A DNA stretch of 64,000 nt. Source: Andalucia godoyi And28. Its lineage: Eukaryota > Protista > Jakobida. The stretch lies in NCBI GenBank assembly GCA_009859145.1, contig VRVR01000017.1:64607-128606 (forward strand), written 5' to 3'. The notes under the pieces were generated by a model. The model saw only the letters and a program-made list of their open reading frames with translations, was not told the DNA's origin and searched no databases. The position numbers were made by a program, and so were the translations under genes. Below, in pieces: positions 1 to 10,112 of the stretch. Each line of letters opens with the position of its first letter. Position 1 is the first letter of the stretch.

Positions 1-429
1 TTCGTCGTTGCTGCGAACGAAATCCTCGGCGGTGCGTGCTGGTGGTACGCCATCCCATTTTGCATGTCGAGCTCTGCAGATGCATACCTGTTCTGCTCTG
101 GTGCCGCGGGCCTTGCGCTGCAGATGAAGGATGGGGCGAAAGAACTGATGACTACTGCGAGCGCCATGCACGAGTTCAACAAGGCGTTTCCGGAAGGTAT
201 GTTTGATCAAGGGACTCTTGTGATAGTTTCTCGGGTGGATCCGCACTGCCGTCTGGAATGTGGCTGGACACAGATGGAGCATGGCTGGCGACTGCTTGTT
301 CCAGACCGGCAGAGCTGCGACATTCTCCTGCTCAATGATGTCGGCCGTCTGCGACTTCTTGGCTTGCCGAACGTCTCGTACCTGCAGTTGTATCAGGAAG
401 GGCTACGAAGCTGTTCTCCGCGGTCGTGA
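1..429 (+). CDS. 3' end of a hypothetical protein, truncated by the window edge
   Basis: Frame 1 is open from base 1 (FVVAANEILGGACWW...) to the TGA at 427-429; no recognisable motif. Confidence 0.55.
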   Translation, partial: FVVAANEILGGACWWYAIPFCMSSSADAYLFCSGAAGLALQMKDGAKELMTTASAMHEFNKAFPEGMFDQGTLVIVSRVDPHCRLECGWTQMEHGWRLLVPDRQSCDILLLNDVGRLRLLGLPNVSYLQLYQEGLRSCSPRS

Positions 430-938
430 AGGGTAGCCATGAGGACCCCGAGGACAGGTCGATTGTATAAAAGGAGGCAGCCAGTCCTCGCAAATCCAAG
501 CTGTGCTAGTGTCCCCCCGCCGTTCTCTCGGCAAATGTGTTTCTGTGAGTCGATGTTTTTGTTTTCCTTGTGCCATTTCGTACTCTGTAAATATATTAAA
601 GGAACAGCGCTGATTGAGATGCGACAACATAATGCAACGGTGTTCGTGTGGAGCACCACGTTGTACATCGTCACCGGGTCATTTATCTGCTGGTTTATGG
701 TTTACATCTTTTCTGCAGAACATGCTCTTCATTCCCGCGCCAGCAAGGGACAGGAGATGCAGCAAAAATGCAGCCATTCCCACATCTGCATGAGAAGACG
801 CAGTCTGGCTTGCACCAGATTCACTCCACTGTCTTTCCGCACACTCTGCGAAAGGGGCTCTTTGACGTTCTGAGCTGTCCTTTCTTCTCCATCTTTTGAG
901 AGCACGAGTGAGAGTACCAGTGTCGCCCGCTAGACATA

Positions 939-1045
939 CGCCTACATTATACACTGAATATGCATATCCACGAACAGACATGCATGTTCAATCTTGCATC
1001 CCGTTGCTCGGAAGGGGATAGGCCCCAACACGCCTCACGGCGTTC
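939..1045 (-). ncRNA. Putative omegaRNA scaffold of copy A
   Basis: Hairpin TGAACATGCATGTCTG-TTCG-TGGATATGCATATTCA (plus 955-990, several G-U pairs). GCCTAT can pair with the terminal GTAGGC. Lies between the RuvC-III remnant and the element end. Confidence 0.65.
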
Positions 1046-1439
1046 TTCAGATAGATGCTCCGCGCTCCGTTCCCAATCTCGATCAATCGGTGAGCCACCT
1101 TCTCAGCGTGACACGTTGTTCCTGAGAAGGGTGCATTTTGATTCTGACGGCCCTAGCGGCAGGCGCTTTCCGGTCCGCAGTTGCAGCGATTGGTGCACCT
1201 GGAGATACGTTGTCTCTTAGTAGGTTAGGAGGCCCTGTATCGAGCGGCGTAGGCGAATGTGTCATCCCAGCGCACTCACGCCCATATTTGAATTAAAAAA
1301 GTGAAACCAATGAATGATAGATGGCTACGCGTAAGCACGAATTCCTGTGAAACAAACGGTGCTAGTGTCGGCCAGTACTGACCGTGTCTGTTTATGTATA
1401 CTTCCGTATGCATGACAATGGCGTGCTATTATTCAGCGG
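939..1439 (-). mobile_element. Copy A: internally deleted TnpB/Fanzor2-derived non-autonomous element with putative omegaRNA end
   Basis: Near-identical inverted copy of 53556-54065. Minus strand begins CCGCTGAATAATAGC and encodes RAVRIKMHPSQEQRVTLRRWL (TnpB N-terminal HTH-like). This is joined to an out-of-frame IDRDW-GAR(S)IYLKN RuvC-III remnant. Ends AATGTAGGCG. Confidence 0.88.
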
Positions 1440-2983
1440 TCGGTCGGTTTAACGTAAAAAAGTCCTTCACGCTCGCTGCCGACTGACTGCAGAAAGCAAC
1501 CATTTACAGCGACTAGGTGAATGCGGCTGAGCCCACTGTACCGTCAATCATTCGTGACCAGTCGGGACTGGCTTACAGTTCTTCGAGAGGGCGCTCCTCA
1601 TTCAGTCGCGTTATCGACGAAACTCCCCTTTGTAAGCGCCAGTCTATGTGTGGCTGGTTGCCCATGTTTGGAGTCGGCTTACCATGTCCTTCTGCACTGC
1701 GAGCACCTCTCCAAAGTGCGGCATAAAAATGGACAAACGAAGTCCGTCATTTGCTCAATGCGTCGTTCAAAATTGCTGGTTTTGGCACTGCCATGAAGGA
1801 GCGTTTCCTCAAATGCTTTTCGATACTGAGTGGCAATGCGAGAATTTTTTGCTGTATCCCCCCTGGATGTGCGCAGATGCTGTTTGAATTGCACAGGGGA
1901 GCGCACCTTCAGCGTTTTGGCGAGAGGCCTAGACAGCTTTCTGAGGAATTACTTCTACCTGCTGTCTGAATTCTCTGATTGGATGTATCACAAGCGTCGT
2001 GTGTGCTTTTTATTGAAAGACAACCGGTCTTTTGGAAGGAAGAATTAGAGTGGTATCCGGTGCATCCTAAACATGATCTCGCGGATGCCGGTGAGGGAGG
2101 CGTCAGATTCCAGGGTTGTAACCGCTTCTTCTGTGATGCAATAATGGCACTTCACGGCTGTTTCCGGCTGCGGTCACAAGGTTGATTACTTGACGACCGT
2201 GCATCCATACTGAGAAAATTTTACTGATGCAAGTTTTGTTTTTCTTGGATATATGCCTGTAAACATCTAGCTAACTAACTCGGTATATCGAAGTGAACTT
2301 GCCCTCCCGGCACGACTGCGAGACTGCATGACGGCATGGGGAATTCTTGCGATCGCCCGAAACTGAAAAAGGCGCGGGGAGCAGCAGAACAGCATCTGCC
2401 AAGACTCCACTGTGGCAGGTTAGAAGTCAAGGGGCACCATGCAGCTTAGGTCTAAGGTGCCAGTCGCGCATTGCGAGGTGAGAGTGCAGTGCACAGAGGA
2501 GGGGCATGATGCGCGATCCCTGTTTGGAAGCTGCGCTCTCGTTGCTGCTGGACGTTGAGTGCAGTTCTCTACGCATGAGTCGAAGCTTTACACAGCCTTC
2601 CCGCCGCCAGAAAAGGTGCGGGCTTTGACGACTGAAGGGAGCACTGCTGGGCAGGTCGGTGTGAGGAGAGCAGGATGTGCGAGCAGAACGGTGAACGCAG
2701 GACGTTCATCGACCTGGAAAGCAGCGTCTTGCGAATAGCGCGCAACAGCAGCATGTCGAGGTGCGTGGGTTTTCCGAAACCGCAAGAGAGTCGCGATCAT
2801 AAACATTACTGGAAAGTACCAGTGTGATGTTGCAGAAATGATGTGCAGTACGTATATATAAAGCATTTGCTCCGAGAGAACTATCTTATCTTTGTCTTCT
2901 TTATATTTTTTTTCCTTCCCCTTTTCCTCCACCCGCCCTGCTTCATAAAAACACGATCCATCAATCCGAGTGAAGAACCCAGA

Positions 2984-5935
2984 ATGGTGAATCACCAGCG
3001 AAATCTCCGCTGTGCCCTTGCGCACAGTTCCGTATTCGCACTCGCAGTGCTTCTCGCCTCCGTAGTCGCTTTCGCCCATGCCGAACCGATTCGACATCCT
3101 GCGCCAGGGCTCTGGTTTCGCGGAGGTCGAGCACAAGCGATCAACGCTGAAGAACAGCTGCTCTCCGAGTTTGGCACTTCCGAGGCGGTTAAGAGATCTT
3201 TTGACAAGTTAGTCGGAAAGGCAGTTTCCGAGCATCCTGGATCCTTTTCGAATCTGCGCATCAGTACGCACAGAATCCAGTTCGTTGTGAAACGATCGAC
3301 CGTTGCGGATGTGCAGTGGCTCGATGCGCTGCGTGAAATAGTCGGTCACGGAGCACACTTGGAGTATTTTCCGGACAATGGCGCTCTGGTATACACGGAT
3401 ATCCATGCTGCTCGACGAATTGCAAGTCTTCCGGATACAAAGTTTGTCGTCCCTGTTCAGCCCGAATGGAAGGCAGCAGTGCAAATCCCGGTGCTTGACT
3501 ACGTGGACGAGTCAGCACGCTCCGCGACGCAGGTACTGTTGACGAGGTCCGATATTAAGGGTGATCTCCACAAGCTGTCGGAGGAATCCAAATCGGTGCG
3601 ACAAATCCTGAATCAGAAGGTGCTCCTATCCATCTCCGTGGCCAATCACCCGCAGGAACTTGGCATTCGGTCGTTTGCTGCGAGTCTCGTGGACAGCTCG
3701 ATATCCCAAGGCTTCGAGGTGCACATCGTCGACATCAATGAAGTAACAAACGAAATTGTCGTCAGCGTTCCAAAGGCGTCGGTGCGACCTCTAGTATCCA
3801 AGCTTGTCAGGATCAATCGCGTCTTGGGCGTCTTCGAGAAGCCTCGGTCGCATGTTATGAATTCGACTGGAAATAACATCGTCACATCCGGAAACCCGAA
3901 CGTCACCAACCCCTTTGCTGGGCTCTTAAATGGAACCGGAGAAATCATCCACATCGCAGACTCCGGCCTCGACTTCTTTCACTGTTTCTTCCACGAAACT
4001 TCGCCTCCAAAGACCTCAAAAAATATGGTGAATACAACGTCGGCGGAGCGGAACAGCAGGCGCAAGATCGTTGCATACTGGCAGTTTATGGACGATGCGT
4101 GGGGATGGACAGACCATGGAACCCATGTGTCTGGAACGGCGGCGGGTGCCGCAAACTCTGTCTCTGCATCGGCGCTCCAGTCGGAAAACGGCTTGGCATC
4201 TGGTGCGAAAATCGCGTTCACTGACATTGGATGCCAGTCGCCAAGTGGCTGCCAGTGCGGGAAAACTTCCACAGGAGCCGACATTCCGTGCGATTGTGGG
4301 CCTTCTGGATGCGAGATTTCGGACACATCCGTGTATGTCCCGACTTCGCTGGACAAGGATCTGTTCCCGTTCGGATTGGCAAACGGCGCATTTATTTCCA
4401 GTAATTCGTGGGGTGGCAGTGCTGCGTCCTATGGAAGCTCTTCTCGTCAAATTGACGATGCAGTCAACGCGAATGCCTCTCTCTTGATCCTCTTTGCAGC
4501 TGGAAACGGCGGTCCGCAGAGCGTGTCCGAACAGGCAGCGGCGAAGAACATCATCTCTGTGGGCGCTTCAACCACTGGACAGCCTGATTTTATCGACATC
4601 GTTCAGAACAAGTACAATCCGAGTCAGGACGGTGGCCACGCATTTGCAACAAGCATCCTGAACTGCACTCAAAATGACCCTCGCCCAGACTGTGCGTACT
4701 TTTTGAGCCCAGACTTTGACGCATGCTCCTTGGACTCCTTCTGCGCAGCTGGATACACTGCAGGATTCACCGACTGCGGCTGCATTCCGTGCGCCGACGG
4801 GTACTGCTACTTCCTCGGAGCGTCCTTCTGTTCGAACTGTCTGGTGATCTCGTTCCAAAACATCCCCGAAGAAGACATTGCCCCGAATTCGCTTGCCGGC
4901 TTCTCGTCCACAGGACCTACCGTCGACGGAAGAATCAAGCCCGATGTCGTTGCCCCAGGATATCTGATTGCGTCATCACGATCATATCCCGGAAGCCTTG
5001 CTTCTGCTCCCGATGTTTGCGGCACGTCGGGGCTTTACCAATCGTTTGCATCCATCAAGCCCCATTTGTACGCCACGCAAGGCACCTCGATGGCGACTCC
5101 ACTAGTCGCCGGATACTCCGCTCTCATTCGGGAATGGCTGCGGAATTACTATCCGAATGCTGCAGGAAATCGAACGGGAGCCACTCCCATCGCAATTCCG
5201 CCTGCTTCCCTGCTGAAGGCGCTCATTGTCCAGTCCGCAACTCCCATGGACGGCATCTACTGCTCGTTCCTTCTGGATTCGAGCTGTTTCCTTGATGCGC
5301 CACTCGAAAATGGTCATCCGTACGAACAAGGCTTTGGACGGGTGGACTTGCGAACCATTATTCCGCTTCCGTCAGCTGCTGCAAACTCGACAAACTCGAC
5401 ATCCTCGCTTTCGGGGCATACGCGGGTTCTTGCCCAAGAAGACACCGTGTTGTCCGCAGGAAATGCAAGCAGAAGCTTCTCCGTCGCTGTGAATGGAGCG
5501 TCAACATGCTTGCGTGCAACGCTTGTGTGGACTGACCCCACGCCGAGCGTATCTGCTTCCGACGTTCTTGTGAACGACCTTGATCTCATTGTTTCGAGCG
5601 GCAACGGCACTTCGATCCGCGGAAACAGCCAGTACTTCGGAGGGGATGCTCCGGACAGCGTCAATAACGTGGAGAAGGTGTCCATCAAGACTGCAACTGC
5701 AGGAACCTACACCATCGTCGTGAATGCATCGCGAGTCGTCGCGCCCCAGTCGTTCTCCCTGGTGGTTTCAACAATGCCGTCTGAGCTGTGTGTTGACATC
5801 ACTCCCGTCGACGACGGATTCTCCAGCAACAATGACAAATCGTCTTCCACCCATGCAAACACCCAGTTGCCGACCCAACCGACGTCGCCGTCGCTTCTCT
5901 CGCGAATCGCATCTCTTCTGTTCCTCGGCATCTGA
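2984..5935 (+). CDS. Secreted S8 subtilisin-like serine protease (KP-43/TagC-like) with Cys-rich inserts and hydrophobic C-terminal tail
   Basis: Catalytic motifs IADSGLD, DHGTHVSG, FAAGN and GTSMATP; RIKPDVVAPG; C-terminal LVWTDP/VNDLDL/NNVEKV beta-domain. Signal-peptide-like stretch follows Met 2984. Confidence 0.93.
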   Translation: MVNHQRNLRCALAHSSVFALAVLLASVVAFAHAEPIRHPAPGLWFRGGRAQAINAEEQLLSEFGTSEAVKRSFDKLVGKAVSEHPGSFSNLRISTHRIQFVVKRSTVADVQWLDALREIVGHGAHLEYFPDNGALVYTDIHAARRIASLPDTKFVVPVQPEWKAAVQIPVLDYVDESARSATQVLLTRSDIKGDLHKLSEESKSVRQILNQKVLLSISVANHPQELGIRSFAASLVDSSISQGFEVHIVDINEVTNEIVVSVPKASVRPLVSKLVRINRVLGVFEKPRSHVMNSTGNNIVTSGNPNVTNPFAGLLNGTGEIIHIADSGLDFFHCFFHETSPPKTSKNMVNTTSAERNSRRKIVAYWQFMDDAWGWTDHGTHVSGTAAGAANSVSASALQSENGLASGAKIAFTDIGCQSPSGCQCGKTSTGADIPCDCGPSGCEISDTSVYVPTSLDKDLFPFGLANGAFISSNSWGGSAASYGSSSRQIDDAVNANASLLILFAAGNGGPQSVSEQAAAKNIISVGASTTGQPDFIDIVQNKYNPSQDGGHAFATSILNCTQNDPRPDCAYFLSPDFDACSLDSFCAAGYTAGFTDCGCIPCADGYCYFLGASFCSNCLVISFQNIPEEDIAPNSLAGFSSTGPTVDGRIKPDVVAPGYLIASSRSYPGSLASAPDVCGTSGLYQSFASIKPHLYATQGTSMATPLVAGYSALIREWLRNYYPNAAGNRTGATPIAIPPASLLKALIVQSATPMDGIYCSFLLDSSCFLDAPLENGHPYEQGFGRVDLRTIIPLPSAAANSTNSTSSLSGHTRVLAQEDTVLSAGNASRSFSVAVNGASTCLRATLVWTDPTPSVSASDVLVNDLDLIVSSGNGTSIRGNSQYFGGDAPDSVNNVEKVSIKTATAGTYTIVVNASRVVAPQSFSLVVSTMPSELCVDITPVDDGFSSNNDKSSSTHANTQLPTQPTSPSLLSRIASLLFLGI

Positions 5936-6167
5936 TCGCGGCATTCATCCACTGAATAAGCAAAGACTCGTAAAACGAGATCTGCACAAAGGTAAACAAA
6001 ACAAAAACAAAAAAACACGCAAGGAAAGAAGATGTGAGCAGGAACAAAGTAGACGAAGAACGCCCAGGAGCATTCTTGAGGGGATACTAATATTTAAAAA
6101 TGTTCGGTTCACGAGGGTGATGTATCGTTCATGCATACGTGAGCTCGATCGAAAAGTACGCTCAGCT

Positions 6168-7814
6168 TCATCCTCGGAGATGTGGGGCATACGTCGCATA
6201 CACGTATTCTCGTGCGTAGAGTGTGAGAAGCATAGGAGTTCCAATGAGGAAGCCGGCCCACATGGCGACATTGCCCCATCTGGACTGCCGCATGAACTTG
6301 AGATTGGTGAGGTATAGGAACGGAATTTGCGCGTGAATCATGTAGAACATCCACGGTCGGAGCACTCCAAAAGCGACCGTGAGCACGTACTCGTGGAGAA
6401 ACGCAGTGGTGACAAAGGTGATCATCTGGGCGACGATGGACGATACGCGCATGACCGATTGTGACTCAATGTACACGTGGCGTGCCATCCACTTGTACAC
6501 GGCCCTGTTCCAATGGTTCCAGAACTCGACCATTGATCTCGCGTTCCACCAATCTGTATAGAACTCTCGGTCGGCATACATTGTGATCTCCGACCAGCCA
6601 TTGAGTCCGCAGTGAAAGACGGAGTAGAAGAGAATAAGCCACGTCATCAGCGAGGGCAATGCCAGTCGGACAAACAGCTCCATGATCGACGTGTCGTACA
6701 TGGTGATGATCACCGGCTGGATCGACTCCTGCAGCAAAAGATACAGGATGAACCAGCAACCGCACGCAACGGACATCTCCTGGAACACATACCACCATCG
6801 AATGGACTTTGTCCGCGGGAAGTTCAGTTCGTAGACGAGCGACGGGAAGCAAAGGAACTGAAAGTAGTTGTATGGCGTCAAGTTTTTCGGGAAAACAACC
6901 TTTGCGGACGATGACGACGGAGCCAAAAGCGACGGGTCAATGTTCGACGGCTTTGCCCGAGTTGCATCATGTCGGTCCGACGCATACGCATCTGTTGCCG
7001 TCACTTTTCGAATCGTGGACGATGACGACGTTGACGAGGATGACAGAGTCGACGGGGAGGTATGATTCGAGGACAAGGAAGAAGACGACAATTTTTCAAG
7101 ATTTCGCGGGTCTGCAGGGGAGCCAGAGCCGGAACCGGAGCCAGAGCCAGAGCCAGAACGAGAGCGAGAACCCGAGTCAGAATGTGAGGGAACTGACACG
7201 TTGGCGCGTGTCACTTGGCGCGATCGACGATGGAGAATCATGTTGGTCATATAGTACGAGTGTCCCTTCATAAAGAGGACGCAGATTTGCATCATTAGTG
7301 CCATTCGCATGAGGATGGAAAGCGGAAAGTAGAACGCAAGATAGACAGGAGCGCAGAAGAGGACGATGAGATATGCGATGTACGTCGCAATATGAATGGG
7401 CAACGGAATGAGATTTCGGGCTTTAACGAGCAAAAAGACCGTAAAGGAAAGCCCGACGAATGTCAACCACGTCAAGAGCATATAAGGGAAAAAGCCCTCC
7501 ATCAGCCAGACAAACAGATTCCAGTCGACCGTTGATCCCGTCCGTTCGTAATTGTCATACAGCCTGTAGAGACACCAGCCCGACGCCAAGACTGCAATCA
7601 GGTGGATCACACCCTGCGCGGACTCCTCGTCCAACAGGCTCATGCGGGCCTTGGCGGCGTGCGTCCGCGGATACGGGAGAAGCGTCGAGAATGACTGGCT
7701 GGCGGGAATATCGCTCAATAGAGTCGTCGGACTTCCTGATTCGGAAGCGCGCGGCCCAGGCGACACCTGTCGAGCACTCGGTCGTCGAAGCGAGGCTTTG
7801 CTTCCAGCGGACAT
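6168..7814 (-). CDS. MBOAT family sterol/diacylglycerol O-acyltransferase (DGAT1/ACAT-like)
   Basis: FYTDWWNA, FWNHWNRAVYKWMARHVY and catalytic LHEY motifs; multiple TM segments; GS/Ser-rich loop. First ATG is at 7814. Confidence 0.92.
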   Translation of the reverse strand: MSAGSKASLRRPSARQVSPGPRASESGSPTTLLSDIPASQSFSTLLPYPRTHAAKARMSLLDEESAQGVIHLIAVLASGWCLYRLYDNYERTGSTVDWNLFVWLMEGFFPYMLLTWLTFVGLSFTVFLLVKARNLIPLPIHIATYIAYLIVLFCAPVYLAFYFPLSILMRMALMMQICVLFMKGHSYYMTNMILHRRSRQVTRANVSVPSHSDSGSRSRSGSGSGSGSGSGSPADPRNLEKLSSSSLSSNHTSPSTLSSSSTSSSSTIRKVTATDAYASDRHDATRAKPSNIDPSLLAPSSSSAKVVFPKNLTPYNYFQFLCFPSLVYELNFPRTKSIRWWYVFQEMSVACGCWFILYLLLQESIQPVIITMYDTSIMELFVRLALPSLMTWLILFYSVFHCGLNGWSEITMYADREFYTDWWNARSMVEFWNHWNRAVYKWMARHVYIESQSVMRVSSIVAQMITFVTTAFLHEYVLTVAFGVLRPWMFYMIHAQIPFLYLTNLKFMRQSRWGNVAMWAGFLIGTPMLLTLYAREYVYATYAPHLRG

Positions 7815-8245
7815 TCTCAAAGCCCGACAATAAAAAGCAACAACCAAGAAAAGTGACAATGCGGATTTAAGATAGCTGCGCAGCGTGTATTTGTGTATTT
7901 GTGTGTGTGTGTGTATGTGTGTACAGTGTTGGGCGCATGAATGGCAAGGAAACCCAAGAGGGAGAGGGAGTGAAGCTTCGAGAAAATGGGGAAAGGGTGG
8001 GGCAAGGGAAAGTCAGGGGTTTGTCAGTGCATCATGTCAGTCAGTGTCACTGCATTTCTGATCGTCACCATCTTTTCAAAACAACCGAATCTACAAACGA
8101 GTTCCTCAATGGTCAACACTCATGCGACTCGCCCGTTAAAGAATAGTCCGGGGGGGTTCTTTGACCTCTTGTCGTTCCTACGACTTGTTGTCCTTTGCCA
8201 CCGATCCACAGTCGCTCAAGCCGCACTCCTGCAGAATCAAGAAGA

Positions 8246-9053
8246 ATGTCCGCAAAGCCGAAAAAGAATGGCAAGACTCTCGAAAATCCCGTATGTGTTT
8301 CTTCTTCTTCTTCTTCCTTTTTTTTTTTTTTTGCTTGCCTGCCCTCTCTATCCTCATCATCGCCGTTTCGCGACTATCATAGCTGCTGATGATATCTGAC
8401 GCACGCTCCTACCACAGACCATACGGACGATAGGCAGACATGTGTTTTCGACACAACCAAGCAGAGTCATTGACGAAGAGCTCCTCGCAGACTCGTGCTT
8501 TCTGCAGCCAGAAGGCCGGAATCTTGCGTATCGAGACAGCGAAGGTCGGGTCAACGTGGAGCTGCTGCACCGTGCTGCAGAGGCGATACGGTCCGGCGCA
8601 GTGGCGGTGGAGATCACTGCAGAAATTGCCAAAACTGTTGCGGTGCTGCTTTCTGCTGTCAATGGCAAGAAAGAGGATGTCAAGATTGCTGCGCGCAAGC
8701 CGTCCGCCCAACCTGCGTCGTCATTTGTAAGCAGCGGAAAAGGCAGTGACGGAAATGATAGAGGTGACAGAAACAGTGATAGTGCGCAAAAGAAGGACCA
8801 CGCATCACGCGCTTCAACGACGAAGAGCACAGCTGCGGCAATCGCGCAGAAACCAAGCTCCAAGGCGGAAAAGAAGATGGCAGACAAACGAAAGCCGGAT
8901 TCTACCAACAACAACTCCCGCCGCCGCAGCAGCAGCAACAGCAGCAACAGTGATGATGATGGGGGCGACGACGTTGACTTCTCTTCGGGCTGTGTCAACA
9001 TTGCCGATGTCCGCAGTTCAAAACGCAGAAAGGGATCCACACAACGTCTGTAG
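8246..9053 (+). CDS. Spliced hypothetical protein (exons 8246-8290 and 8418-9053), basic/low-complexity C-terminus
   Basis: ATG 8246 (MSAKPKKNGKTLENP), phase-0 intron GTATGT...CTGAC...CACAG, then an open frame TIRTIGRHVFSTQPSR... to the TAG at 9051-9053. Confidence 0.7.
8291..8417 (+). other. Spliceosomal intron (127 nt)
   Basis: GTATGT donor, pyrimidine-rich body, CTGAC branch site about 20 nt before the CAG acceptor; splicing joins two in-frame exons. Confidence 0.75.
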
Positions 9054-9440
9054 ATGCAATTTAAAAAACCCAAAAAATTCGCACCGCCAAGAGGGGACGA
9101 GAATCCAAACTGTCGTATGCACAACGCAGGTTCCATCGCTCTTCTGACATCGAGCTTGAGGAGAAGGGGGCTTCCGAACATGAAGAAGGTCCAAAAATCA
9201 AACGAAACAACACAACACAAGAGAGCCAAAAAAAAAAAAAACGTAGGTCCGCGAGATCCGACGGAAGAAGAAAGAGAAGAAGAGAGGAAGGGGGCGAAAA
9301 AGAAAAAAATCACTTTACACTGAGTTGCAGGGCGTCGCGGCATCAGGGAACAAGAAACGAGGAAGGAACGAACGAGCGCAAACCGACAACACAACAGAGG
9401 AAACGGTAATTGATAATAATAAGAAGAATAGAAGAAAAAG

Positions 9441-9950
9441 ATGTCACTTGGTCGTCACTCGGATCCGTCGCGCCCGCCTTGCCCATGGCGGATTATTGAT
9501 GATATAGGAGGGGCGTTTGCGATGGGTGCTGTAGGGTCGTCTGTTGTGCATTCGTTCAAGGGAGCACGGAATGCACCGCGAGGGTACCGAATGCAAGGTG
9601 CGATTCAGATGGCGAAGCTGCGTGCGCCGATTGTGGGTGGAAACTTTGCGGTGTGGGGTGGGCTGTTCTCCTCGTTTGAATGCTCGTTGTTCTACATGCG
9701 CCAAAAAGATGATATCTGGAATCCGATTATGGCCGGTGCGGCAACGGGAGGCGTGCTTGCGATCCGCGGAGGCTTTCGAGCGGCCGCAAGTTCGGCTGTG
9801 ATTGGAGGCGTCTTGCTCGCGATGATCGAAGGCATGACAAGCCTCATCTCCAAGTACTCTGCGGATCAGATGAGGAAAATGCAGGAAATGCAAGAGGCCG
9901 AGGCCCTCAAAGCCCGCGACGAGCAACTCAAACAAAAGGCCACCGCATAA
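9441..9950 (+). CDS. TIM17: Mitochondrial import inner membrane translocase subunit Tim17
   Basis: RPPCPWRIIDDIGGAFAMG, GGNFAVWGGLFSSFEC and RQKDDIWNPIMAGAATGGVLAIRGG are Tim17 signatures. Confidence 0.95.
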   Translation: MSLGRHSDPSRPPCPWRIIDDIGGAFAMGAVGSSVVHSFKGARNAPRGYRMQGAIQMAKLRAPIVGGNFAVWGGLFSSFECSLFYMRQKDDIWNPIMAGAATGGVLAIRGGFRAAASSAVIGGVLLAMIEGMTSLISKYSADQMRKMQEMQEAEALKARDEQLKQKATA

Positions 9951-10112
9951 AATAATACGAGTATTGATTAAAAGAAAGCAAAGAAAAGATAAAGAACGTC
10001 ATTTTCTCATGCACAGCAAAAGGAGGCGGAAGAACAGGTGGAGGCAAAATGAATAGCAGTGATGAGGCACACTCTGCGTCAAGCATTGCAGAACAATGCG
10101 TTGTGGGGTGCT

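Noticed and set aside
1650-2200. Possible kinase pseudogene (FKIAGFG resembling KIADFG)
   Set aside because: Single degenerate motif; no HRD, VAIK or APE motif found.
8357-9394. 345-aa minus-strand ORF and many other overlapping ORFs in the track
   Set aside because: Antisense shadows of real genes or translations of microsatellites (poly-F, poly-L, poly-S).
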